Positions 19,144-28,776 of a stretch of 64,000 nucleotides of DNA are shown in pieces. Positions within the stretch are counted from its first letter, which is position 1. Every line of letters begins with the position of its first letter. A program made the position numbers and the translations under genes. The stretch spans positions 186,001 through 250,000 of IMG/VR virus record IMGVR_UViG_3300049215_000771; one strand, written 5' to 3'. Below the pieces are notes generated by a model. It did no database searches. It was given only the letters and a program-made list of their open reading frames with translations, and was not told where the DNA came from.

Positions 19144-19902
19144 ATGAAGCGCACTGGCTACAGGGATTCCAACCAGCCCAAGGTTGCCCCTAAGTTCACC
19201 GCCACTCGCAACGGTAAGCCCATCACGCCCACCGTCGCCAATGTTGACGCCGCTGACGTTCTCGCCCAGCCTGATACCGTCCCCGACTTCCTCAAGTGGC
19301 TCAACAACTGGCCCAAGGAACCGCCCAAGTGGTCCGAAGTCGGCCCCAACCACTACAAACTCACCCTCGATGGCGTGAGAATGGAAGTGTTCTCCCAACA
19401 ACGGGACCACTCCAATAAACCTATCTTCGGCTTCACCCTGTTCGGCGTGTGGGGAACCCTCCATACCGTCCCCGTCCTTTCCTTCAACCTCAAGGAAACC
19501 CAACAGGCAGCTATCAACTGCATCGACTGGATCAACAACGGCCAGAAAACCACGGCCCCCTATACCATCGACCCTAGCCTCGCTCCTCAAGATCAACCAC
19601 AGCCTCGCCCCCGCCCCGTTCGACCCGTTCGCCCCCTCCTGCCCCTGCCCCCTGCCGAAGTCGTCACCCTGCCCGCTATCCGTCCCGATGGCGAAGTCGT
19701 CCCCATGCGCCCCGATGGCGCTGGCACCGCACCACAACGCCAACACCCAATGCAGTGGTTCAACGAATTCTTCCAGACCGATGTGCTGAGGCCCGAAGAT
19801 GGCGAAGGAATCGACGAAGATGGGTTCATTGAAGAATTCGAGGACGACATCCCCGATGACCAAATCGACGATGACGAAATCGACGAGGAACCCGATGCCT
19901 GA
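19144..19902 (+). CDS. hypothetical protein, Pro-rich linker and acidic tail
   Basis: AAGGAG SD. Confidence 0.7.
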   Translation: MKRTGYRDSNQPKVAPKFTATRNGKPITPTVANVDAADVLAQPDTVPDFLKWLNNWPKEPPKWSEVGPNHYKLTLDGVRMEVFSQQRDHSNKPIFGFTLFGVWGTLHTVPVLSFNLKETQQAAINCIDWINNGQKTTAPYTIDPSLAPQDQPQPRPRPVRPVRPLLPLPPAEVVTLPAIRPDGEVVPMRPDGAGTAPQRQHPMQWFNEFFQTDVLRPEDGEGIDEDGFIEEFEDDIPDDQIDDDEIDEEPDA

Positions 19903-20062
19903 CCAGGAAAATGAACTCGCCCAACTTAAAGAAGAAAATCAACGCCTCCGGGCCACTATCCGCCAACTCCGTAAACAACTTGAAGCCTATCAGCTTCAGG
20001 CCCGGAGGCGATCTGTCCATGACTACGACCATCTTGAATATGATGACGATGATAGAAGGTAA
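19895..20062 (+). CDS. small coiled-coil protein
   Basis: LAQLKEENQRLRATIRQL. Confidence 0.55.
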   Translation: MPDQENELAQLKEENQRLRATIRQLRKQLEAYQLQARRRSVHDYDHLEYDDDDRR

Positions 20063-20068
20063 TTACCC

Positions 20069-20719
20069 ATGCTCCGATTCCTCCATAAAGGACCAAAAAA
20101 TCTGCCCATCACCATCGTTGAATGCGCCCCCACTAACCGTACACTCAACATTCTCGGCACTCACCACTTCCTCCCCTTCCCCTACCAGGTGTTCGCTGTC
20201 GCCTTCCACCCTGGCGAACGAACCGAACAACGGGGCGGCTCATTGTTCCATGCCTTCGGCTCCCTTAAACCCATAATCTCACCACACGACGAAGTTTTTA
20301 TCTTCCCCTTCCCGAATTCCTACAATAATGGCTCCGTGTGTATGGGTGAGAACTACATTCACTATAACGGCGACATTCGACAATACATTGACATTTATTT
20401 CAATTCGCCCTTCTCGTCGGCGGTAAGTGCAGCCTATTGGCATGGCGGCAATAACCCCAGCAAAGGAGCTAATTCCTACTGGCGCACAGGCACCGACCCC
20501 TTCAAACTGCCCTGGCATACCCCAAAACTCAAACTAATTAACGCCTTCCCAGGCCATAGCTTCCCCGACATCTTCGACCCGACCTTCACCGAACATACAA
20601 TCCGACAACTCGCTGAACAAATCCGATCCCACGCCAATGGCTACAGCGACGAACAAGTGTGGATCGCCGCCGAAAACCATCTGCTCAAACAATGCTACAA
20701 ACGTGGTACTTCCGGGTGA
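20069..20719 (+). CDS. prokaryotic E2 family D-like protein
   Basis: LPFPY.VF ... PFPN....G.VCMG ... YFNSPFS. Confidence 0.55.
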   Translation: MLRFLHKGPKNLPITIVECAPTNRTLNILGTHHFLPFPYQVFAVAFHPGERTEQRGGSLFHAFGSLKPIISPHDEVFIFPFPNSYNNGSVCMGENYIHYNGDIRQYIDIYFNSPFSSAVSAAYWHGGNNPSKGANSYWRTGTDPFKLPWHTPKLKLINAFPGHSFPDIFDPTFTEHTIRQLAEQIRSHANGYSDEQVWIAAENHLLKQCYKRGTSG

Positions 20720-21327
20720 ACCTTCCCAGGCTGAATCAAATAGCGATGGTATTCGTGCAAAATGATCTTGTTCGCCGCCCGACCCCAGGCTGATCCCGTT
20801 CGCCTCTCCGAACCAACAACATGCAACACCGCATGAATGCAGTTGCACACGTCCGATGACCCCGACAACGCCTGATAATCTACACTTCCACTCTCCAAAC
20901 GTGCCTTCTCAGCTACAGCACGTTGCCATAACTCCTCCTGAACCTCATACGGCCCCAACTCCTCGATAATCCGACCATCAGCACGAGCCTTGTCCAACGT
21001 CGAAGCTAAATCCCAATTCTTCCCAGCCTGACGTTTCAACAAACCAAGATCAGTCCGAGCCGGATACCACGAAATCGTCACCCGCTGTATGTCCGCACCA
21101 GCCCAACGTACAAATGTCGCAAAATTGTGCGAGTTCGCCGCCCGGTTCGGCATAGACTCATAACAATACAACGATGCGTAAAACTTCGGAGGAGGCGGCG
21201 GTGGAGGAGGCGGTACTACGATTTCTTTCTTCTCAACCAACCTGCCCGACACTGGCCCCGAAATAGGTTCAGATTGACTACAACCTACTACCAATACCAA
21301 CAAAAACAACGAAAATGCCTTGAACAT
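20695..21327 (-). CDS. hypothetical lipoprotein
   Basis: signal peptide with VVGC lipobox; only credible - strand gene in the left block. Confidence 0.65.
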   Translation of the reverse strand: MFKAFSLFLLVLVVGCSQSEPISGPVSGRLVEKKEIVVPPPPPPPPPKFYASLYCYESMPNRAANSHNFATFVRWAGADIQRVTISWYPARTDLGLLKRQAGKNWDLASTLDKARADGRIIEELGPYEVQEELWQRAVAEKARLESGSVDYQALSGSSDVCNCIHAVLHVVGSERRTGSAWGRAANKIILHEYHRYLIQPGKVHPEVPRL

Positions 21328-21381
21328 ACCCACTCCTTTACAATCAAACCATCTCGTGGTACTATCCCACAAAGGAAAAAC

Positions 21382-21834
21382 ATGGGCCTCAAACAAAATA
21401 GATCGACAATGCCATCATCATCTAACCTGCCCCGACGTGCCTGGTATCCGTCCGGCCCCTGGATCAACGGTGTTCGCCCACCCGAAGTAGCTACGCCTGA
21501 ACCCAAAATTCCACCAGGCAACCCCGACCCCGATAACTACAAGATCGTTCAAGCCGAGGAAATCGGCCAATACCTCATCATCAAGCTGAACTACCCGAAT
21601 TGTACCAACTTCGAGGGTAACAAAATCCTCGTGTTCAAAGACATCACCCTCCTCAAACTCATCAACCAGAAGAAAATCGACCCCCACTTCTTCAAACACA
21701 AAAACTTCGCCTCCCCCATCGCACGCTTCACCCCTACCCCCGAAGGCTGGGAAATGGCCAAAACCTTCGTCCATGCCATGCTCAACCTCGCTCGCATCAA
21801 GTTCGAGCAGGCCGTCCAAGGCAAGAAATCTTGA
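21382..21834 (+). CDS. conserved phage hypothetical protein
   Basis: AAGGA SD; YPNC.NFEG.KI, DPHF, SP.ARF.P...GW. Confidence 0.65.
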   Translation: MGLKQNRSTMPSSSNLPRRAWYPSGPWINGVRPPEVATPEPKIPPGNPDPDNYKIVQAEEIGQYLIIKLNYPNCTNFEGNKILVFKDITLLKLINQKKIDPHFFKHKNFASPIARFTPTPEGWEMAKTFVHAMLNLARIKFEQAVQGKKS

Positions 21835-21840
21835 AAACTT

Positions 21841-21873
21841 CCCGAACCTTGTAAGGATCACCCAGGTCTTCCC
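21841..21873 (+). promoter_or_regulatory. motif B (ECF-type promoter) outlying copy
   Basis: CCGAACCT-N16-GTCTTCC as in the 27-44 kb copies. Confidence 0.7.
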
Positions 21874-21906
21874 TTCGGAGACACGAAACCCGTAGGGACC
21901 AAGACC

Positions 21907-22926
21907 ATGCTGACCAATCTGACCGTCATCGAAACCGACCGCCGCCCCAACACCACCAGCGTCAAGCCCCTGGACTGGTACGACTACATTCTTGTATCTT
22001 TCAGCGGCGGCAAGGATTCCGTCGCCCTCGTCCTGAAACTTCTCAAAGATGGCGTCCCGACCAGCAAGATCGTCCTGATGCACCAGCACATCGACGGCGA
22101 GCCGGGCGTCGATGCCCCCTTCATGGACTGGCCTTGCACCCAGGGCTACTGCCGGGCCTTCGCCAAAGCCCTCAACCTCAAGCTGCTGTTCCAGTGGCGA
22201 CACGGCGGCTTCGAGAAGGAAATGACCAAGAACAACGCCCGTACCGCCCCCGTCAGCTTCGAGTACCTGAACGGCGGACGAGGCACCGCTGGCGGCGTCA
22301 AAGGCAAGATCAGCACCCGCCGCATGTTCCCCCAGGTCACGGCAGACCTCAGCAAGCGCTGGTGTTCCTCCACCCTGAAGATCGACGTTGCTGCCATCGC
22401 CATCAACAACGACCCGGCCTTCAAGGGCAAGAAAATCCTGTTCCTGACCGGCGAACGCCGCCAGGAATCCGCCGCTCGCTCCAAGTACGCCGAAATGGAA
22501 CAACACCGCACCCACTCCAACAAGCGCCACGTTGACCACTGGCGCATGGTCATCGACTGGACCGAGGAACAGGTCTGGAACATCATGCAGGAATTCAACG
22601 TCATCCCCCACCCCGCCTACCGCCTGGGCTGGGGCCGGGTGTCCTGCATGGCCTGCATCTTCGGCCTCGCCGATCAGTGGGCCTCCGTCCGCAAAATCGC
22701 CCCGGAACTGTTCGCCAAGATCGGCCACTACGAAGCCGACTTCGGCAAAACCATCCACCAGGGCAAAACCGTCACCCAACTGGCCGACAAAGGCACGCCG
22801 TTCGCCGAAACCAACAACCAGGCGCTCGTCGCTGAAGCCATGAGCGAAGATTACCCCTACGAAGTCATCACAACCAACTGGACCCTCCCCTCCGGTGCCT
22901 ACAAGCACGGCGGCGGGCCTTCCTAA
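21907..22926 (+). CDS. PAPS reductase family protein (PP-loop, possible DNA modification)
   Basis: SFSGGKDS; G.RRQES..RS; HPAY.LG..RVSC..CIF. Confidence 0.85.
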   Translation: MLTNLTVIETDRRPNTTSVKPLDWYDYILVSFSGGKDSVALVLKLLKDGVPTSKIVLMHQHIDGEPGVDAPFMDWPCTQGYCRAFAKALNLKLLFQWRHGGFEKEMTKNNARTAPVSFEYLNGGRGTAGGVKGKISTRRMFPQVTADLSKRWCSSTLKIDVAAIAINNDPAFKGKKILFLTGERRQESAARSKYAEMEQHRTHSNKRHVDHWRMVIDWTEEQVWNIMQEFNVIPHPAYRLGWGRVSCMACIFGLADQWASVRKIAPELFAKIGHYEADFGKTIHQGKTVTQLADKGTPFAETNNQALVAEAMSEDYPYEVITTNWTLPSGAYKHGGGPS

Positions 22927-22941
22927 CCCTGAAAGGAACCC

Positions 22942-23052
22942 ATGTTCCGCAAACTCGTTCTCGCCTTCGCCCAGGCCATCGCCAGCCTGTTCCCGCCCCT
23001 CGTCGGCCAACGGCCCTACACCGGCCCGGATACGACCTACCAGCGATTGTAA
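22942..23052 (+). CDS. small peptide (36 aa)
   Basis: AAGGA SD, GC-rich codon usage like the preceding gene. Confidence 0.45.
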   Translation: MFRKLVLAFAQAIASLFPPLVGQRPYTGPDTTYQRL

Positions 23053-23099
23053 CACCAAAACGCACGGTAACACCAACCATGTTACCGTGCGTTGTTTGC

Positions 23100-23128
23100 T
23101 TTACAAACCCCCTTCTGCGTGGTATCAT
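23100..23128 (+). promoter_or_regulatory. sigma70-type promoter, near-leaderless
   Basis: TTTACA-N17-TATCAT with TGn; ATG 7 nt downstream. Confidence 0.7.
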
Positions 23129-23135
23129 CCCAAAC

Positions 23136-23675
23136 ATGAAACCACTCCATGCCGATCACTGGTTGTACAAACGCACCATCCGACTGTTCGGACGTGAACG
23201 CCTCGAACAGTGGAAAGACCAAATCGCTAAGTATTGGGAAAAACAACTCGAAAAAATTGACGAGGATCAACTCCTCCGTGCCCTCACCCGCCTCTACGGT
23301 CGCCGGGAAGGAAAAAAGTTGCTCCGACTCTCACGCTCCGAACAAACCCGCCGCATCGTCGCCCAGGAAGAAGCCTACCTCATCGGTCGCTTCGCCCATA
23401 AACTCGCCTCCATCGCCCAGGACCAGTCCGATAGGTTCTCCACCAACGGCCTCACCCTGGAGGAACACGACTACTCCACCGCTACCGTCATCCACGAAGG
23501 CCAACGCTACACAGTGGACGTTGAAGGACTCATCGTCATCACCGGCACCGTCACAGCTTCCCATGCCGATGGTTCCGAATCCGTCGTCAATGTGTTCTCC
23601 CGCTGGATCACCCACCCCTTCTGGCAGTACGCCCATCTCACCGCCCACTGCCCACCACCCAAATCCAAAACCTAA
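23136..23675 (+). CDS. hypothetical protein
   Basis: after promoter. Confidence 0.65.
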   Translation: MKPLHADHWLYKRTIRLFGRERLEQWKDQIAKYWEKQLEKIDEDQLLRALTRLYGRREGKKLLRLSRSEQTRRIVAQEEAYLIGRFAHKLASIAQDQSDRFSTNGLTLEEHDYSTATVIHEGQRYTVDVEGLIVITGTVTASHADGSESVVNVFSRWITHPFWQYAHLTAHCPPPKSKT

Positions 23676-23725
23676 TCCCCCAAGGCCAGGCCCAAATCCT
23701 GGCCCACTCCTGCGTACATATCAAC

Positions 23726-24040
23726 ATGAGCAGCTACTACCCACTCGATTCACAGAAGAAAGCCTCCTACCTCACTCCACCCGTCCAGGTTATCTACAAA
23801 TCCCCTCAACCTACCAAAAACTCCCCCAACCTCGCCCCTACCTACTCCCAACAGCCTAACAGCCCTATGATCTTCTTCCAAGGCTGCGACCCCCAATCAC
23901 GCACCGGAGCCTGGCTGCCCTTCAATACCAGTAGGTTCTTCAACCCCACACTCCAAGGCAACTGTGACCCACTCCCACCAAAATTCACTCCCTACAACAC
24001 CGTCGCCCCTATCTCCCCGCCACGCATCAATAGCTTGTAG
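23726..24040 (+). CDS. hypothetical Pro-rich protein
   Basis: GTACATA-N5-ATG. Confidence 0.5.
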   Translation: MSSYYPLDSQKKASYLTPPVQVIYKSPQPTKNSPNLAPTYSQQPNSPMIFFQGCDPQSRTGAWLPFNTSRFFNPTLQGNCDPLPPKFTPYNTVAPISPPRINSL

Positions 24041-24070
24041 AAAATTAACTCGAAGTAAATATCTACCTGC

Positions 24071-24658
24071 ATGATCCAACTGCGGTTCAAATTGTGGCTC
24101 GAATTGTTCGATAGAAGCAGTGGCAAACCCCTCACCGGCACCTGGAAACCACCCCTCCAAAGCCCTCCTATCAACAGACAATACAAATATGTCTTCAACC
24201 TCGACTCCGATCCCACCAAAGACTGCCGGGGCCAACCTTGTTTTTGGGTCAACTTCTACGAAAATTACGACGGAGTATACACCGTCACCTTCGGTCATGC
24301 CGAAACCAAATTCCAGGACCGCTCCACAATCAATAAACAAATCCATCAACAAACAGGCACCGACCCAGGTATCGAAATGATGGGAACTGTCATGAGGGTC
24401 ATGGAGGAATTCGTCAACCAAAAACAACCTGTCGGCTTCTCCTGGACAGGCGTTAAGAAATCTACCCCAGGCGCTATCAACACCGACGCCAGAGCTAAAG
24501 TCTATGACCTGTGGGCCAGAAAAACCCTCGCAGGGAAATACACCAAATACCAAGGCATCTGGCTGCGCAATGATGTCTACGAGAAAGAAAGAACTAAACC
24601 CCCTACCCCACCCGACCACCTGACCCCTCTCGAATGGCCCGATGATGAAGAAATATAG
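24071..24658 (+). CDS. putative virion protein
   Basis: TAAATA upstream; N-terminus MIQLRFKLWLE. Confidence 0.6.
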   Translation: MIQLRFKLWLELFDRSSGKPLTGTWKPPLQSPPINRQYKYVFNLDSDPTKDCRGQPCFWVNFYENYDGVYTVTFGHAETKFQDRSTINKQIHQQTGTDPGIEMMGTVMRVMEEFVNQKQPVGFSWTGVKKSTPGAINTDARAKVYDLWARKTLAGKYTKYQGIWLRNDVYEKERTKPPTPPDHLTPLEWPDDEEI

Positions 24659-24662
24659 CCCC

Positions 24663-24726
24663 AGGAGCTATATCTTCAAGGAGCTATATCTTCAAGGAGC
24701 TATATCTTCAAGGAGCTATATCTTCA
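24663..24726. repeat. 4 x 16-bp tandem repeat AGGAGCTATATCTTCA
   Basis: exact tandem copies. Confidence 0.95.
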
Positions 24727-24787
24727 ACCCCTCTAACACTACATTCACTCCCATATCGCTACAACCAAGGTAATAAACCAACCCCTT

Positions 24788-24845
24788 CTTGTGAAGCCCA
24801 CCCCAATCATCTTGTGAAGCCCCTCACTATCTCCTTGTGAAGCCC
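24788..24845. repeat. 3 x CTTGTGAAGCCC at 23-bp period (iteron-like)
   Basis: copies at 24788, 24811, 24834. Confidence 0.85.
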
Positions 24846-24942
24846 GTCCCAAAAACCACACCATTCATAACTTCGCCTCCACCACTTTGTTGTTGTTTTT
24901 CCAACAAACTAGCGATATAGTAAAACCATCAAGCAATCCACC

Positions 24943-25515
24943 ATGCCCAAAGGAAACTCAACCATGATCCCCTTCCTTGCTGAACGCTTTCGCATCTGGA
25001 AATGGGCCATCTTGCTCGCCAGCACCATCACCCTCCTGCCTGGCATCGTCGCCCCACTGTTCGCCCAAAATGGCCGAGGCAGCGAAGCCGCCCTTCGCAC
25101 CGGCTGCCCACTGCTTTGCTGCAATGACGTTCAAACACCCGACATCGGACCCGGCGGCGCTCTCACCCTCCTGGGCGTCATCGCCTTTGCCATCATTCTT
25201 CTGGCCACAGTCCAACACTTCGACGAGAAACGCATCAAGAAAGAACAACAACAAAGGGAACACGAAGAACAAGCAAAACAACAAGCCATCGCCAAGAAAC
25301 AGGCCGAAGATGCCCTCAAATACCCCCAACTCAAAGGCAAGAAAGTCCGCCTCCCTGACTTCAATAACCAACCCACCCAGGGCATCGTTGTTTCCCAATA
25401 CGAAGATCAACTCACCATCCACTTCCTGTCCGATGACGGCCAACTCGAAATGACCAAGAAGAAAATCGAAGAAGTCCAAGTCATTAACCCGGAGACAAAC
25501 ACCAATGAGAAATAA
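24943..25515 (+). CDS. hypothetical membrane protein
   Basis: two TM-like segments, coiled coil, SH3-like tail. Confidence 0.6.
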   Translation: MPKGNSTMIPFLAERFRIWKWAILLASTITLLPGIVAPLFAQNGRGSEAALRTGCPLLCCNDVQTPDIGPGGALTLLGVIAFAIILLATVQHFDEKRIKKEQQQREHEEQAKQQAIAKKQAEDALKYPQLKGKKVRLPDFNNQPTQGIVVSQYEDQLTIHFLSDDGQLEMTKKKIEEVQVINPETNTNEK

Positions 25516-25864
25516 CAACCTGCCAGCATTGCAAGAACATATCAACAATCTGCTCAAACAATACCATCTCACCGCCCGCTGGGAGAAAAAACCCCGCCCA
25601 GGCCATTACTCCAACTTCGACTACAAAGCCCATACCCTCAAACGCCGTGCCTACCTGCCACGCATTACCAGCGAAATCGCCTACTGGACCAGCCTCCATG
25701 AAATCGGCCACCTGGTCGCTGATAACGAACCTACCAGGGAACTCGGCGAAATCTCAGCCTGGCTGTGGGCTACCCAAAATTCCATCATCCAAGTCAGCAA
25801 ACAAGCCCGTAACTACATCCGTGATTGCCTCAACTCCTATAACGTCCACGTCGATGGCCTCTAA
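25505..25864 (+). CDS. HExxH (zincin-like) motif protein
   Basis: SLHEIGH. Confidence 0.55.
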   Translation: MRNNNLPALQEHINNLLKQYHLTARWEKKPRPGHYSNFDYKAHTLKRRAYLPRITSEIAYWTSLHEIGHLVADNEPTRELGEISAWLWATQNSIIQVSKQARNYIRDCLNSYNVHVDGL

Positions 25865-25928
25865 ATCACCACCAAAACACAATGCCAACATCCAACAACA
25901 AACAGAAACAAATTCACTACATAACCTC

Positions 25929-26279
25929 ATGCCCCTGCAATCGTTCACCACCTGGCTCACTGAAAACCAAAAACAACGTATCCAGTTCGCCGGCTGGTTC
26001 AAAGATGGTACTGTTATCGTCTACCTCAATGGCATCCGTCATGTCTATATCACCGACGCCATCTACCACGAACGCTGGAAAGCACTCAGTAAGCGTAATC
26101 CCATGCTCGTAATGTCCCAAATCGCTCAACTCGTCCGTGCCGGCCACGCCCAACAAACTGAACCACCATCCGTGTCCAGAAAACCTATCCAACCCCCTAA
26201 CCCAAAACCTGTCATCAAACAGCCTAGCTTGTTCGATAACGAGGACGATCAGGAAAACGACCACCAACACACCTTGTAG
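25929..26279 (+). CDS. putative virion protein
   Basis: CTACATA-N5-ATG; MPLQSFTTWLTE. Confidence 0.6.
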   Translation: MPLQSFTTWLTENQKQRIQFAGWFKDGTVIVYLNGIRHVYITDAIYHERWKALSKRNPMLVMSQIAQLVRAGHAQQTEPPSVSRKPIQPPNPKPVIKQPSLFDNEDDQENDHQHTL

Positions 26280-26403
26280 CTTCTGCGCTCGTCCTGCGCA
26301 ATCCTGGCATCATTACAAGGCCATCCCATCTGTCCCCCTTCCTTACACCCAACAGTAACCAGATGGGTATTAACACTCCAGCATCCATCATAGAAAGGAA
26401 TTT

Positions 26404-26721
26404 ATGCAACAACCTCCCATAGCCCTTTGGCAAGAATTCAATAACAACACCTTGCCGCCAACACTACGCTTCACACTCCCCATCGACTTCTGTGAAGCCT
26501 GCCATCGACCTACCTTCTTCGGCCACTGGCTCCCCCAACACTCCATCTCCCAGGAAATCCAACTCGCTCAACTCGATTGCCCCCTCGATGACCCTCCCCT
26601 CTCCCGTGTCCGCTGCAAATCATGCTTCCTCGACCTCGTGGAACCAAATCACCAACAAAGTCGTGCGCCTCGCAAGTCCAAACGGCGCAAACAGTTAAAC
26701 AAGCATTCCGAACCCAGGTAA
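26404..26721 (+). CDS. hypothetical zinc-finger protein
   Basis: CxxC...CxxC. Confidence 0.55.
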   Translation: MQQPPIALWQEFNNNTLPPTLRFTLPIDFCEACHRPTFFGHWLPQHSISQEIQLAQLDCPLDDPPLSRVRCKSCFLDLVEPNHQQSRAPRKSKRRKQLNKHSEPR

Positions 26722-26871
26722 AAATTGAATTGACGTAAGGGTGTAGCCAGCCTTCATTTACGTCGAGGCCACCCCAGGCTAGAAAATTCTGAAAGTATTT
26801 GGAGGAAATGGTGAAAAAATTGCGAGCCTGGGGCGTAGGGAGGGGCTTGTAGGAGGAGTTTGGAGAGATTT

Positions 26872-26939
26872 CCAGCCGCCCCCGCCCGCCTCAGCTAGTC
26901 GTGTGGTGGCTCAGTGCTGAGGCGGGCGGGGGCGGCTGG
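26872..26939. repeat. perfect 24-bp GC-rich inverted repeat, 20-nt loop
   Basis: CCAGCCGCCCCCGCCCGCCTCAGC / GCTGAGGCGGGCGGGGGCGGCTGG. Confidence 0.95.
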
Positions 26940-27573
26940 CGATATGGAGGAGTGGGTTGAGCGAATTGAACATAAGCGCCATTATCGGACGTTGAGAAAT
27001 GCGCAACAAAAAGCCGAGAGGCTGCCCCAACGGGTGTCGCCCAATCACCCGTTAGCTGCAAACCTCTCGGCGTGCTTGAATGATACTACGATTTACCGAG
27101 GTTGTAAAGCACACGACCAGGAAATCTGAAAGAAATCCTGGTCGTGGCCGTGCGTCGAGAACCCATCCCGGTCCCCGATCCCTCCAGCCTATCCCACCAC
27201 CTGCCCCCTGTCCAGCAAAATCATCAACAATTTGACACTGTGCGTTTGTGCAGTATCAAAAATGAGGCGTCAGGTACAAAGGTTTGAAGTGGTGGTTTTA
27301 GAGATTTGTACCCTCCGGTCATTTTCTGCGCACGGATGTACACCAGGTTATTTGGGATAATGCCAGGGGGAGATTGAGGGGTGTTGCGCCGGGCTGGGGT
27401 TGGCTGGCAAAGGCTGTTTTTAGCATTTGTACAGTATTGTTTTAGGCATTTGTACCGTAGGGGTTGGCTGCGCCGGGCGTGGCTGGGGTGGGGTTGCGCC
27501 GAATTGCGTTGGGAGATTCCGAACCTTACGAGTTTGGGGCGGTCTTCCTGGCAACCCATAGGGAGGAATTTCG

Positions 27574-28665
27574 ATGTCGGTTCAACATTTCAAGGTGTTC
27601 TTCGGGCCGGACGATCCGTGGGGAGCGGTAGCGCCCACGGCGGACGAGCGCCGGGAGTTGGTGGAGAGTGGGTTTGCCGGTTTCATCGGCAACGAGCGGG
27701 CGATCAAGAAGCTGAAGGCGTCGGCGTTCGATGCCCTGGGCAAGCCCGACCATCTTTGCCGTGACCTGGCGTTCAGCATTTTCGGCCCGGCGTCGAGTGG
27801 CAAGACGACGCTGGCCCGGCTGTACGCCAAAACCGTCGATCTGCCCTTCGTGGAGGTTTCCCCGAAGGCGGTGAAGACGATGGACGACCTGTTCCGGGAG
27901 ATCGACCGGGTGTTGACGGTCGAGGGCGTGCCGGTGGTGGAAGTGGTCCGGCGCAACTACCATGTTCTGCCGCCCTGTGTGATCTTCATTGACGAGGTTC
28001 ACGCACTGGCGAAGGCAGTCGAGCAGGGCTTGCTGAAGGCGACGGAGTACAACGACGCCACGCTGGTCACGGAGTCCGGCAAAACGATCAACTGCCACAA
28101 TGTTTGCTGGATCATTGCCACGACGGACGAGGGGCGGCTGTTCGACGCATTCCGCACCCGGTTTTCGCCGGTCAACCTTCGCTATCTGAGCAAGGCGGAC
28201 ATTGCCAAGATCGTTCGCCTGGCTCACCCGGACTTCGACGAGGCGACGGCGGCGCTGGTTGCTCACTACAACAGCCGCATTCCCCGCAAGGCGTTGGAGT
28301 TCGCCCGTTACATGAAGTTGGTTCGGCAGATGGGCGCTGACCGCACCTGGGCGGACGTGGCGCAGGAAGTTGCCACGGATGAAGGGATCGACCAGTACGG
28401 CATGAGCGAGGTTCACCTTCGCATTCTGAAGGCGCTGGGCCAGGGTCCGGTGGCGGCAAACCGGATCGTGAATGTCGCAGGAGCGAAGAAGGAGGAAGTC
28501 GAGCGGTTCATCATGCCGTGGTTGCTGACGGTCACGGAAGACACGCCGGCGCTGGTCACGGTGACGAGCAGGGGATACACCATCACCGAGGCGGGCCTGG
28601 CCGAGTTGGACAAGCGAGGGATCGCCCATCGAGGGACGTTCGCCACGCCGAACTATCGCCCGTAG
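27574..28665 (+). CDS. ruvB: RuvB-like AAA+ branch-migration ATPase
   Basis: FIG.E; Walker A GPASSGKTT; Walker B FIDEVH; ATT.....DAFRTRF; C-terminal winged helix G.D..G......L....GP......RG..T. Confidence 0.8.
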   Translation: MSVQHFKVFFGPDDPWGAVAPTADERRELVESGFAGFIGNERAIKKLKASAFDALGKPDHLCRDLAFSIFGPASSGKTTLARLYAKTVDLPFVEVSPKAVKTMDDLFREIDRVLTVEGVPVVEVVRRNYHVLPPCVIFIDEVHALAKAVEQGLLKATEYNDATLVTESGKTINCHNVCWIIATTDEGRLFDAFRTRFSPVNLRYLSKADIAKIVRLAHPDFDEATAALVAHYNSRIPRKALEFARYMKLVRQMGADRTWADVAQEVATDEGIDQYGMSEVHLRILKALGQGPVAANRIVNVAGAKKEEVERFIMPWLLTVTEDTPALVTVTSRGYTITEAGLAELDKRGIAHRGTFATPNYRP

Positions 28666-28776
28666 TTCGGCGGCTGGCCGGGGGCTGCCCACTCCTGGCC
28701 TGGGCGCAATAGCCTACTGGTACAAACCTTCAAGTTGATGTTTTAGAGATTTGTACCCTACGGGCTGGAGGGAAGC

